IMG/VR virus record: IMGVR_UViG_3300042301_005632
Span: 1-31,266 of that record
From: a virus
Lineage: Duplodnaviria; Caudoviricetes
Direction: 5' to 3' (one strand)
DNA length: 31,266 nucleotides
A program made the position numbers and the translations under genes. Of the stretch, positions 16,813 through 26,101 are shown piece after piece (position 1 is the stretch's first letter; the number at the start of each line of letters is the position of its first letter). Under the pieces are notes generated by a model. That model saw only the letters and a list, made by a program, of their open reading frames with translations, did no database searches and was not told where the DNA came from.

Positions 16813-19348
16813 AATCTTCAAACTTAATTTTTCCTTTATCTAATAAACTTTCCCCAGTAGTTTGTAAAGCAGCAGGAGCATTAATTATCCCTTTATTAAC
16901 TATAGATACATTATATAATAAATCTGGGGTGTCCCAAGGTAGATTAAATACGTCTTTAAATAATGGGAGTTTAGAGGTAGGAATTAAAAGACAATGAGCC
17001 TCTGATTGTCTATCCATTATGCTAAAATCTTTGTCAATTTCTTGTTTTGGAGAATTTTTTATTTGTTTACCAAAATTAACCAAAGGTAAATCATATTCTT
17101 TAGCTAAATCATAAGCTTTATATACTAACTCTACAAATTCTGATTCAGGGATTTTGATAACAGAATCACATTCATTTAATAGTATAGCATCTATACCTTC
17201 TACTGGAGTTTCTATAATGCCTTTTTTATGTGCTAAGTAACACCCATAGTGACCTGGGGCTAATTTATAGTAACCGGGTTCGAGGGAAACCTCATTAGGG
17301 CGTCTACAATTATGAGAAGGTGGAAGTTCTGTGTAAATAGGATTAACCATAGGATTATATTTAAATCCATAATCAATTAATTTAGTTAAACTTGCTATAC
17401 TTTTTTGTTCTCTTTCAGATAAAGGATTAGTTAAAAGATGATTAATTTGAATGTTAGGTTTTGGGGTTTGCTGTTTAGCTATAAACAAATATAATCCAGC
17501 ACCTTTATCTTCTAAATCAAAAGAAAAACCACACCTATTTAATTTATCTTTTAAAAAATCAAGAAATTGGTGAGAAGTTATCCATTGGTGAATTTCTCCT
17601 TCTATAATTTGAATCTTTTTTAGATTATAGTCAGTTATAGTTTCAAAAAATGCTTTTTCTCCTCCTTCACAATCTATCTTAACGTAATCTATCTTATCTA
17701 AATTATATTGAGAAATAAAACTATTAATATTGATTGTACCTACTTGTTCACTATTAGTTGTTTTATTTGTAGTTGAATCACTTAAAGTACCTATACTGGA
17801 GGCTACATCTGAATAGTAGAATGTAAGTTGTTCATGGTCGGTATAACTTATAGCTTTATCTATAACAACTACATTAGGGTATTTTTCTGTGTTTTTTCTT
17901 AAGTAATTTAAATTTAAAGATGAGGGTTCAAAACTATATACTTGTTTAGCTCCTTTACTTAACATGTATAAAGTAGTTAAACCTATATTAGCTCCGATAT
18001 CTAAAACTACCCTAGCATTATCAGGAACTACTGAATAATCTTCATTTAAAAATACTTCTACGTATGACCACCCCGCAGATTGATCAAAATTATCTCTGTG
18101 AACTTCTACTATTTCATCATTAATTCTTATGTAATCATTTTTGTTAAAATCTACAACATTATAGGTTTTAATATAATTTTTATTTATATCATATAAGGTT
18201 ATATTAATACCACTTATTACATTAGTTGAACCAACATTACACCAATACCACTCATTGGGATTAAAAGGACCCGCTTGATATACTGGGAGGTTTGTTTTGT
18301 AGTCAGATATAGTAATATAGAATTGTTCATCTAAATGGGCTAAGAAATGAGTTTTTTGACTTTCGGCATCATACCAAAATTCAAGAAGTTCTGATTGAGT
18401 CATAGTTTTTATTTTGTTAAGGTTTTCTTCAAAGTTGTTAAATTCAAGATAATCTACTTTATCAAATTTATCAAAATAGTTTTGGTAAACTTCAAGATTA
18501 TAAATTAATGTTGGTATTTGATAAGAAATAGCTTCACGGATAACTAAAGGCATTGTTTCTTTATCATTAGCTGAACCACGAGATGTAAATAAGAACAGAT
18601 CCATTGCTTGGTAAAAAGCATCTACATCTGTTCGTTCATTCCACCAAATAACATTATCAGGTTTATTTTCTATTAAGGGTTCCCAATACCATTTAAAGTT
18701 ATCAGCTTGATTGCCTAAACTATGAAATTGTACGTTAGGAAGTTGACGAGCATATTCAAAGAATTCTGCTTGGTTTTTTCTAGGGGTATATAATCCTACG
18801 TGCAATACATGACGTTTATTATGGTCTAATCCTAATTCACGTAATGCTTTTTCACGATTAGGACGTTCTACATATTCAATAGGATATTCAACTAATGTTT
18901 TAGGAACATCAATGTCTTTATATTGATCAATTTGCCATTGAGAGACAAACATGAATTTGTCAGGAAAAAAACGTTTTTTAGTTGTATCATATGAAGAATC
19001 ATGAGAAGTTTCTACTATAATATAATTTCTATCTGAGGTGTAAATTTGTTCAGATATAGTAGAATCCATAAACATCTCTGGAATTTCTTCTAGATGGATT
19101 ATATCGGGTTGAATCTGATTAATGATATTAATAATTTCTTGTTTGTCTTCTCCTAGTGTAAAAATTTTATCAGGATCAATTAATTTAAGAATTTTATTAC
19201 GAGTAACAACTAATACACCCCCAGTACAATCTACCCATTCTACAAGATAAATTTCAAATTCGTTTTTAAGTAGTTCTATTTTTTTAGTAAGATATTGTGG
19301 TAGACCTCCTGTAGAAAGGTGTGGGGCTATATAAAGTAACTTTTTCAT
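16802..19348 (-). CDS. Tri-domain GT4 / FkbM methyltransferase / GT25-like protein (848 aa)
   Basis: GT4: HLSTGG, VGLYTPRKNQ, ETMPLVIRE. FkbM: VLDIGANIG, FEP, VKIDCEGGE. GT25-like: PGHYGCYLAH...LNECDS. Confidence 0.82.
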   Translation of the reverse strand: MKKLLYIAPHLSTGGLPQYLTKKIELLKNEFEIYLVEWVDCTGGVLVVTRNKILKLIDPDKIFTLGEDKQEIINIINQIQPDIIHLEEIPEMFMDSTISEQIYTSDRNYIIVETSHDSSYDTTKKRFFPDKFMFVSQWQIDQYKDIDVPKTLVEYPIEYVERPNREKALRELGLDHNKRHVLHVGLYTPRKNQAEFFEYARQLPNVQFHSLGNQADNFKWYWEPLIENKPDNVIWWNERTDVDAFYQAMDLFLFTSRGSANDKETMPLVIREAISYQIPTLIYNLEVYQNYFDKFDKVDYLEFNNFEENLNKIKTMTQSELLEFWYDAESQKTHFLAHLDEQFYITISDYKTNLPVYQAGPFNPNEWYWCNVGSTNVISGINITLYDINKNYIKTYNVVDFNKNDYIRINDEIVEVHRDNFDQSAGWSYVEVFLNEDYSVVPDNARVVLDIGANIGLTTLYMLSKGAKQVYSFEPSSLNLNYLRKNTEKYPNVVVIDKAISYTDHEQLTFYYSDVASSIGTLSDSTTNKTTNSEQVGTININSFISQYNLDKIDYVKIDCEGGEKAFFETITDYNLKKIQIIEGEIHQWITSHQFLDFLKDKLNRCGFSFDLEDKGAGLYLFIAKQQTPKPNIQINHLLTNPLSEREQKSIASLTKLIDYGFKYNPMVNPIYTELPPSHNCRRPNEVSLEPGYYKLAPGHYGCYLAHKKGIIETPVEGIDAILLNECDSVIKIPESEFVELVYKAYDLAKEYDLPLVNFGKQIKNSPKQEIDKDFSIMDRQSEAHCLLIPTSKLPLFKDVFNLPWDTPDLLYNVSIVNKGIINAPAALQTTGESLLDKGKIKFEDYEE

Positions 19349-20166
19349 ATTTTATATTCAAAATATTTATAAAACCAAGGATAACTATCAGTTATAAATT
19401 TACAATTATCTGGTCCTAATACTTCTAAGTAATCTTCTTTTAAGGGTTCTAATTTATTTTTTATAATATGATCAGCTCCAAATCCTAATATTCTATCGTT
19501 TTCTTGGGTTATCTGATCAATTTTAGTAAATGTATGATTAAATCTAGGGATTTCCAAATAATCATATACTATATTTAAAATTTCTTGAGGAGAATTTAAC
19601 AAATCTTCAAATTTAAGAAATAAAATTTTATTAGCTTTACCTTGAGTTAGTATATCATAAGTACGAGTTATATGAGTCCCAATTGGGTTATTACTCATAT
19701 AAAATTTTAATCTATCATCTGTAGTGTTATTCTTAAAACTTTCCCACCCTACAATATCATAATCTAAATAAAGATTTTTTCTATAAAATTTTTCCGTAGA
19801 AGCATAAATACTCCTTAAATCTCGTACTAACATTATCATTTTAGGATTAGGGTAAAACCAATCTACAAAATCATAAGATATACCCCATGTTCGGTTTTTA
19901 TCCAAAACATACTTTTTATCGGTTATACCTTCAAACCACCCAAATAAACCAGATTTACAAAATGATTTAAAACCCTCGTCTACAATTTTAGTATCCTGAG
20001 CTTTAAATATTTCACTAGTAGAAAAAGATTTACGAGCATATACTAATAATCCCTGAATATCTGATGTTGGAGTAACATAAAAATCGGGATTTTGGGCTAT
20101 TATATTTTGTAACAAGGTAGATCCTGCTCTAGGAAAAGAAGTATTAAAAAATATCTGTTGGGGCAT
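19345..20166 (-). CDS. PAPS-dependent sulfotransferase (273 aa)
   Basis: 5'-PSB loop FPRAGSTLL, 3'-PB motif VRDLRSIYAS, and LKFEDLL..PQ. Confidence 0.88.
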   Translation of the reverse strand: MPQQIFFNTSFPRAGSTLLQNIIAQNPDFYVTPTSDIQGLLVYARKSFSTSEIFKAQDTKIVDEGFKSFCKSGLFGWFEGITDKKYVLDKNRTWGISYDFVDWFYPNPKMIMLVRDLRSIYASTEKFYRKNLYLDYDIVGWESFKNNTTDDRLKFYMSNNPIGTHITRTYDILTQGKANKILFLKFEDLLNSPQEILNIVYDYLEIPRFNHTFTKIDQITQENDRILGFGADHIIKNKLEPLKEDYLEVLGPDNCKFITDSYPWFYKYFEYKI

Positions 20167-20167
20167 A

Positions 20168-21106
20168 TTAAATTTTATTTATAGCTTCTATAATATTTTC
20201 TATGTGAAACATTTCTTCAATATTAGTATAGGGACATTCATGTTGTTTTCCTTCAAAAGAATAGTCAAATAAATAAGAATCTATTAATTTAGGTTTATTT
20301 GTAGGATTTCGGGATAGTAAATTGCTATGGAGATTATAACCAAAAACTTGAGGAGAAGTACCAATCCATAATACAACAGAAGGAAGGTTAAAAGCAGCTG
20401 CTATATGCTGTAAACTAGAATCTATTAAAATTCTTTTAGAAGAATTAACTATTAAAGCACTTAATTGAAAATTACTAAGAACATAATCTACTACTTCAAT
20501 ATTTGGAATTTTTAAGGAATTTGGATGGCATACTTGTATTATGTGGTAATCTTTAGAATAAATTTCAGAAAGAGAAACTGCTAATTCGTAAGGCATATCT
20601 CTAGTCCAAGAATAAGAATTAGTTGTAGATAAGGGACCACCATTAGTTTGTATAACCATTATAGGCTTATCTCTTTCCCACATTAAAGTATTTTTCTTCT
20701 GTACGTAATTAACGTAAATTTGTGGGGTTTGTTTAGTATATTTAAGATTTAATAAATGACACCAATTTTCAATTAAATGTTTCTTTTTATAAACATGTGA
20801 AGATTCAAAATAAGGTTCATGCCTAAAAATTATAGTATCTTTTCCTTCAATATAATCTTGGTAAAAATAAGGAGTAATACCATGTGTGTAAACACGGTAT
20901 ATATAAGGATTATTTAAAAATATTTCAGGATATCCTACAACTAAAATAATTTTTCTTTCATTATATTTAACAGATAAATCTTTTAATAAAGCTGTAGCTG
21001 CTATATGCTTTCCTAAACCTCCTTCTATATGAAAAATTAAATATTTTTCTTGAAAATTATCAGATACTTCAATAGGGTCTATATCTAAAAGAAAAGATTC
21101 AATCAT
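20168..21106 (-). CDS. GT9-like (heptosyltransferase-fold) glycosyltransferase (312 aa)
   Basis: GGLGKHIAAT, IFLNNPYI and IDSSLQHIAAAFNLPSVVLWIGTSP..FGY resemble the GT9 DSGxxHxAxA motif. Confidence 0.75.
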   Translation of the reverse strand: MIESFLLDIDPIEVSDNFQEKYLIFHIEGGLGKHIAATALLKDLSVKYNERKIILVVGYPEIFLNNPYIYRVYTHGITPYFYQDYIEGKDTIIFRHEPYFESSHVYKKKHLIENWCHLLNLKYTKQTPQIYVNYVQKKNTLMWERDKPIMVIQTNGGPLSTTNSYSWTRDMPYELAVSLSEIYSKDYHIIQVCHPNSLKIPNIEVVDYVLSNFQLSALIVNSSKRILIDSSLQHIAAAFNLPSVVLWIGTSPQVFGYNLHSNLLSRNPTNKPKLIDSYLFDYSFEGKQHECPYTNIEEMFHIENIIEAINKI

Positions 21107-21750
21107 ACTAATCTGTCAAAAATTAATTCAGTTAAAGTATTTGAATCTCCTATTTTTCCTTTTGGTAAAATATTAAAAGATAAACTTTTTCTTACTTTAT
21201 TTGTAGTATTTAAAGGAACTGAATGATATAAATAAGAAGGGAAGAGGAGTAGTAAATTATTTTCACAGGTTATTTGATATTCATCTGTAGTAATTTCATT
21301 TTGGTTTTTATCTAAAGTATATTTGGGAGATAAATAAGAAGCGTTTATAGCCCCTAAAGTTTTATGGAATTTTATTGAAGGAGTATTTTCATCAAAATCA
21401 CCATAATAAAAAACTCCTGAAATTAAGCTATTAGGGTGGGCATGTTGGTTATGAAATTGTCCTGGTTCTTTATGAGTGACCCAAGATTGAGAAAAACGAT
21501 ATTCAGAATAATCGTATTTTAAAACTTTTTTAGCAAAGTTTGTAACATTAGTTAATATAAATTTTTTTAAATCAAAACATTCTTTATGATCTAAAACATA
21601 AGTATCTTTAGAATGTAAACCATAAGCTTGAGGCATATCTCCTATAAGTTCTAAACTATCTAAAAATTGGGTAACAACAGAAGTATTACCTACATATTTT
21701 TGTATTAAAATAGGGGTTGGTAATATATTTAATATTTTAGCTTGTTCCAT
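21103..21750 (-). CDS. Putative 2OG-Fe(II) oxygenase, TIGR02466-like (215 aa)
   Basis: HAHPNSLISGVFY...FPSYLYHSV...RKSLSFN. Confidence 0.85.
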   Translation of the reverse strand: MEQAKILNILPTPILIQKYVGNTSVVTQFLDSLELIGDMPQAYGLHSKDTYVLDHKECFDLKKFILTNVTNFAKKVLKYDYSEYRFSQSWVTHKEPGQFHNQHAHPNSLISGVFYYGDFDENTPSIKFHKTLGAINASYLSPKYTLDKNQNEITTDEYQITCENNLLLLFPSYLYHSVPLNTTNKVRKSLSFNILPKGKIGDSNTLTELIFDRLV

Positions 21751-21754
21751 AATT

Positions 21755-21786
21755 ACAATATAATAAAAATCTTATAAAAAAACAAA
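21755..21786 (-). promoter_or_regulatory. Putative Bacteroidota sigma70-like promoter (TTTG-N20-TATATTGT)
   Basis: Same geometry as the 24252-24283 site; would give a near-leaderless mRNA; the context is very AT-rich. Confidence 0.35.
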
Positions 21787-22347
21787 ATTAAAAGCTATAG
21801 ATATTCTTTCTTTAGGACTTTCATTACGTTCAATATGATGTTTTAACCAACTCGGGAATATTACAAATTTAGAAGTTTCAGGTTTAACGGTATAAGTTAA
21901 ATCACTAAAAAAAGAATTATTACTATTAATAAAAAATTCAGCATTATCTCCTCTATGTAAAATTAAATCTCCCATATTATTATCAGGAACATCTACATAA
22001 TATACTCCTGAAAGAATGCTTTTTTGGTGGTCATGTAATATGTTATAATTGTGTTGATAATTAATATTAAACCAAATGTTGCCTAATTTTAAAGTTGGGA
22101 TATTTAAATCTATACTAAATTCTTTAACTAAATCGTCTAATCCTTGAAAAAAAGTAGTTAATGATGGTGGGAAAGGAAATATTAATTCATTACTATGCCA
22201 CCCCCCTCTATTAGAAATAGTAACTCCTTGAGTGTTTTCTTTTAAATTAAAACAATAGTCTTTTATAACATCATTATCAATGTTATTAACTTTACATTCC
22301 CATACAAAAGTAGGGAAAATTAAATCTTTTTTTATTTCAAATTCCAT
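21772..22347 (-). CDS. Putative 2OG-Fe(II) oxygenase, TIGR02466-like (191 aa)
   Basis: SNRGGWHS, HDHQKSILSGVYY, FPSWLKHHI and RISIAFN. Confidence 0.87.
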   Translation of the reverse strand: MEFEIKKDLIFPTFVWECKVNNIDNDVIKDYCFNLKENTQGVTISNRGGWHSNELIFPFPPSLTTFFQGLDDLVKEFSIDLNIPTLKLGNIWFNINYQHNYNILHDHQKSILSGVYYVDVPDNNMGDLILHRGDNAEFFINSNNSFFSDLTYTVKPETSKFVIFPSWLKHHIERNESPKERISIAFNFVFL

Positions 22348-22955
22348 TATTTAAAAGGTTCACCACCTACCCAAAATACTAATGCTTTTCTTTGACCTTG
22401 AATTACAGGTTTAATTCTATGCATTAAAAATGAAGGAAATATAATTACATCTCCTTGTTGACGAGGTAATTCTACAAAACTATCGTTTTTTCCATACCAA
22501 ATTTCAAATTCACCTCCTTGGTATTCTGAGGGATCACTTAATTGAATTGTAAGAGAGAGTTTTCTTCTGTTAACTGCACCATATCCTATATCCATATGCC
22601 AGTCTAAATGACCACCATTTTCAGGATAAATTACATAATGAATAGCATCTGTTACATATTTAATATCAAAATTAAATAAGTTTTCATTAGCTTCTATAAC
22701 TAAGGGCTCTAAAATTTTATAAAGCCATTGAGAATCATTACTTGGAACTATATATGCTATATCTCTATTATTGTATATGCTAGAATCAAGATTATTTAAT
22801 TCGGCAGATCCAACTTTTCCTTTTTCAAAAGTATAATTATTATAAACTAAATTTTCTAGTTTATTAATCATTTCCTTAGTAAAAAATTTTGGAAAAACAT
22901 AAAAATCACTAAAATTACTTTTAATAGGTGTATCTAATATAGCTCCGTAAAACAT
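22347..22955 (-). CDS. 2OG-Fe(II) oxygenase, PKHD/prolyl-hydroxylase-like (202 aa)
   Basis: WHMD, RKLSLTIQLSDPSEYQGGEF, FPSFLMHRIKPV and RKALVFW. Confidence 0.9.
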   Translation of the reverse strand: MFYGAILDTPIKSNFSDFYVFPKFFTKEMINKLENLVYNNYTFEKGKVGSAELNNLDSSIYNNRDIAYIVPSNDSQWLYKILEPLVIEANENLFNFDIKYVTDAIHYVIYPENGGHLDWHMDIGYGAVNRRKLSLTIQLSDPSEYQGGEFEIWYGKNDSFVELPRQQGDVIIFPSFLMHRIKPVIQGQRKALVFWVGGEPFK

Positions 22956-22958
22956 AAC

Positions 22959-23546
22959 TTAATTCCATTCATTATAATTAAACCAACCAGTTATTATATA
23001 CTTGGTTTGTGTAAAAGAAGATAAACCTCTATGCATATGTGTCCAATCTGTGGGCCATATTATTAATTTACCTTCTTCTGGTTTTTCTTTATGGTCTTGA
23101 TAATAAAATTGGGTTTCTCCCCCATCAGTTAAAGTATTTAAATAAATTAACCATACTAAAGACCTATAAGCTGTTTCTTTTCCACCTCTTTCATAATGGT
23201 AATTATGGTAAGCTTCCCCAGGAGTATATCTTTGAATATTAAAAAGAGTATCTATTTTTAGTGGTTGCATTCCACTTATAGATTCATAAAATTTAAATTT
23301 ATAGTGTTGTAATCCTAATTCTAAAACATTAATTACGTGAGATAAAACACTACCCCATTCAGGATCTTGAAGAAATGAAGGATCAAAAGCCAGATCAGTA
23401 GAAGCTTTATACTTTTTATCAACAGTATGTTGTCCTCCTCTAGAAATACCTCCTTCTTGTTTGTATGGAGAATCTTCAAATTTATTAATTAATTCTTTAC
23501 AAATAAAAGGAGATAAAGCTTCTTTATTTTGATATATAAATTGCAT
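22959..23546 (-). CDS. 2OG-Fe(II) oxygenase, prolyl 4-hydroxylase-like (195 aa)
   Basis: IQRY.PG, HYE, YLN...GGETQF, WPTDWTHMHRG and KYIITGW. Confidence 0.88.
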   Translation of the reverse strand: MQFIYQNKEALSPFICKELINKFEDSPYKQEGGISRGGQHTVDKKYKASTDLAFDPSFLQDPEWGSVLSHVINVLELGLQHYKFKFYESISGMQPLKIDTLFNIQRYTPGEAYHNYHYERGGKETAYRSLVWLIYLNTLTDGGETQFYYQDHKEKPEEGKLIIWPTDWTHMHRGLSSFTQTKYIITGWFNYNEWN

Positions 23547-23547
23547 T

Positions 23548-24228
23548 CTATTGTATAGATTTAAGTTGTTCTGGTTCTTTCAATTCGGGGGGTAGTGTAA
23601 TAACTCCTTTTTCTTTAAGTCTTTCTAGAGTACTTAATGATCCTAAAGTATTTACAATATCAGCCATACCTGAGTGTTCGGTTAATGTATTAGCTCTATG
23701 ATAAAGTTTTAATTGGAGAGATTCTGCTTGGTGGGTATTAACATTTTGAATGTCAAAAGATCCATCGTCTAATTCATTTTTAAGTTTAGACCATAAATTT
23801 AATTCTCTAATTCTATCTTTAGCTTCTTGTTCTAAAGAAGCTTTAGTAAATAAATTTTCGTCTAAATCTACTTGTATTTCAGCTTTTTTTAATGAATCTG
23901 TTGTTGATTCATATTTTTTATAAAGTTTTTGTCTTTTTATTTCATTTCGTCTTATAGAAAACGATAATATCATTAATTGTTCAAAATGACTACTTTGTTC
24001 TCTAACAGCTTGCCAATATTTAGAAGCATCTGTAGGGTGGTGAGCATCATTTAATACTGAAATTCTCATTTCTGTTTCGGTTCTAAAAATTTGTTTTTTA
24101 GTCCAAGTATCAGAAAGTTCATTTTTAAGTTTTAGTAAAGATTCAGCATCTTCTAATGTAAGTACATTTAAAACCGGAGTTAAATCACCAACGGGGATTA
24201 GATTAGTGTTTAAATTTGAAAGGGTCAT
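23548..24228 (-). CDS. Hypothetical coiled-coil protein (226 aa)
   Basis: Clean ORF heading the enzyme block; FRTETEMRISVLND.HHPT.ASKYWQAVREQ followed by long helices. Confidence 0.75.
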   Translation of the reverse strand: MTLSNLNTNLIPVGDLTPVLNVLTLEDAESLLKLKNELSDTWTKKQIFRTETEMRISVLNDAHHPTDASKYWQAVREQSSHFEQLMILSFSIRRNEIKRQKLYKKYESTTDSLKKAEIQVDLDENLFTKASLEQEAKDRIRELNLWSKLKNELDDGSFDIQNVNTHQAESLQLKLYHRANTLTEHSGMADIVNTLGSLSTLERLKEKGVITLPPELKEPEQLKSIQ

Positions 24229-24251
24229 AAATTAATTGATTTAGATATAAC

Positions 24252-24283
24252 ATAATATAATAAAACTTTTTTAAAAAAGCAAG
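24252..24283 (-). promoter_or_regulatory. Putative Bacteroidota sigma70-like promoter (CTTG-N20-TATATTAT) heading the modification operon
   Basis: In the 56-nt intergenic gap; the spacer contains the palindrome CTTTTTTAAAAAAG (24266-24279). Confidence 0.5.
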
Positions 24284-24284
24284 T

Positions 24285-24539
24285 TTAAGGTAAAGTAACT
24301 ACTATAGGCTGGCCTATTAAATTTATATCGGCGTATTCACCATAGGTTAGCCCCTCAAGAGAAGAATTTATAAGATTTTGAGCTTCTTCTTTAGTTTTTT
24401 CAATTCCTCCTTTACTTATAGCCCATTCGTAATTATCTGTAACAAAAATATCACCTAGGTATTCTTCTATGTGGTGATTGTTAGATTCTTCGTGAGTGAT
24501 AAATGGATTATCTCTAAAAGTTATTAAATAGTATTTCAT
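24285..24539 (-). CDS. Hypothetical protein (84 aa)
   Basis: ORF starting 6 nt after the Kelch gene stop. Confidence 0.7.
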   Translation of the reverse strand: MKYYLITFRDNPFITHEESNNHHIEEYLGDIFVTDNYEWAISKGGIEKTKEEAQNLINSSLEGLTYGEYADINLIGQPIVVTLP

Positions 24540-24545
24540 ATATAA

Positions 24546-25616
24546 TTAAGCTAAACATAAATATTTAAATTTAACAACTTCAGCACCGCTTAAACAAAAC
24601 CTAGCTCCAGTAGCGATTGAGGGGTTATTTCCTCCCCAAGCTCCTCCATCTTGGTAACAACCAAAAGCTATATGTCCAAACCTTCCAGCTGGCATAGCTG
24701 GTCCTGTAGACCATGTATCTGTAATCCCATTATATATCCGAGTTGTAGTACAAGTTGTATTGTTAGCAGGAGAATTTGCCCTACCCCCAACAGCAACCGA
24801 AGCGTTAGCATCAATACCCCACCCATAAGCATTTCTCATAGCTACAGGGGCTGCGGCTTTAGCTGACCAAGCTGCTCCTGAGTAGCATTCAGTACAAGTT
24901 ACTCCATTAGCGGCGGTTGTACCAAAAGATAAAGCGGAATTAGAACATCCTGCTCCTCCTCTACCGTTATCAGAAAAATTAGTACTATTTGCGGCTGCAT
25001 AATTAGTACCATTATATGTTAAAGATGTTGCAGTATTAGCACCCCCACCCCAAGTAATAACATCATTTTGAGAACTTCCTGCGGCGGCCCCAGCATTCCA
25101 TGTTTGAGGGGTAGCAGTAACAGTAGACCAATTGGTACCATTATATTCTTCGGTACAGCAGCTTGCTACACCAGGAGCGACATTTCCCCCTAGAACTACT
25201 GATGAATTTTGAGATCCGGCACCAGCACCAAAATAACGAGCTGTAGCCATAGCATTGCCGCCTACCCAATTGGTACCATTATATTCTTCTGAAGTAGTTG
25301 TTCTGGCACCAGGTGCTGCGAGAATACCTCCTGCAGCTAATCCTGAAGCACCACTTGCTCCTGCAGAAGCTCCCAATCTTCGAGCATTGTTCATGCTGTT
25401 GGCAGAAGTCCATGCTGGTTCTTGTTCGTTTACTGCTATACCTATTTTTTGTATACAGGAATTTAACCATATAGAACCTGTAGGAATTGAGGTAGTAGGA
25501 GGATTTCCTGTGGGAGTACTATAAAGGGGTAATACAAAACGCATATTCCCTGTGGGGGTTTGGGGGCGAAGATAAAAACAACTATTGTTTAATTCAATAT
25601 CTGTAAATTGTGCCAT
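24546..25616 (-). CDS. Kelch-like beta-propeller protein, probable fibre tip/adhesin (356 aa)
   Basis: Repeated units M..AR...GAG....GG......TEEYNGTNW with ~45-50 aa spacing and conserved GG, Y and W. Confidence 0.8.
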   Translation of the reverse strand: MAQFTDIELNNSCFYLRPQTPTGNMRFVLPLYSTPTGNPPTTSIPTGSIWLNSCIQKIGIAVNEQEPAWTSANSMNNARRLGASAGASGASGLAAGGILAAPGARTTTSEEYNGTNWVGGNAMATARYFGAGAGSQNSSVVLGGNVAPGVASCCTEEYNGTNWSTVTATPQTWNAGAAAGSSQNDVITWGGGANTATSLTYNGTNYAAANSTNFSDNGRGGAGCSNSALSFGTTAANGVTCTECYSGAAWSAKAAAPVAMRNAYGWGIDANASVAVGGRANSPANNTTCTTTRIYNGITDTWSTGPAMPAGRFGHIAFGCYQDGGAWGGNNPSIATGARFCLSGAEVVKFKYLCLA

Positions 25617-25625
25617 AATAAAAAT

Positions 25626-25853
25626 TTAAACTGCTTCTAAAGCTTGCCATGTAAAAGGAGGACCACCACCATCATCTATACTGAAATACATAAGGCCGTC
25701 ACTTGCATTATAGGCTAATACTCCTACATAATCAGGGTTTTCACCAGTATTTGCTATTGTACCAACTATAAAGGATGTATCAAATGTTTCAGTAACATCA
25801 CGATTAACTGTAAGTGAACCGCATGTAGTATCGTTATCGCTTTCTAATGTCAT
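25626..25853 (-). CDS. Small fibre-associated protein (75 aa)
   Basis: Tightly packed ORF carrying the fibre-stem-like motif GVLAYNASDGLMYFS. Confidence 0.65.
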   Translation of the reverse strand: MTLESDNDTTCGSLTVNRDVTETFDTSFIVGTIANTGENPDYVGVLAYNASDGLMYFSIDDGGGPPFTWQALEAV

Positions 25854-25863
25854 AATTTATTTT

Positions 25864-26100
25864 TTAAGGTGTTGGGTAAAGTCGTATTTCAAATACAGTA
25901 GAATTTCCTAAAAATTGAACAAGTCCCCTACCACTATTCCAACAAATAGCTCCATCTGTACTTAACATATTAGAAAGAGTAGTACCACCAGCCCGTCTAT
26001 TAGGTAAAACACATTTTCCACCATTATTTACTTTAAACTGGTTAGCATTGCTTATATTATTATATGCGGTGACATTGCTTTGATTAATAGTAGTACTCAT
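25864..26100 (-). CDS. Small fibre-associated protein (78 aa)
   Basis: Starts 1 nt after the fibre stop; carries GAICWNSGRGLVQF. Confidence 0.65.
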   Translation of the reverse strand: MSTTINQSNVTAYNNISNANQFKVNNGGKCVLPNRRAGGTTLSNMLSTDGAICWNSGRGLVQFLGNSTVFEIRLYPTP

Positions 26101-26101
26101 A

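Noticed and set aside
13484-23546. Enzyme block as a DNA hypermodification or host LPS-conversion locus
   Set aside because: Not excluded but disfavoured: no nucleotide-modification, flippase or membrane genes are present, the block is embedded among virion genes, and it includes a protein-serine-type transferase.
2811-25524. Short nested or antisense ORFs (2811, 8119, 8956, 12246, 13785, 14698, 16187, 23039, 24651, 25255, 25279)
   Set aside because: All overlap well-supported genes and show no recognisable motifs.
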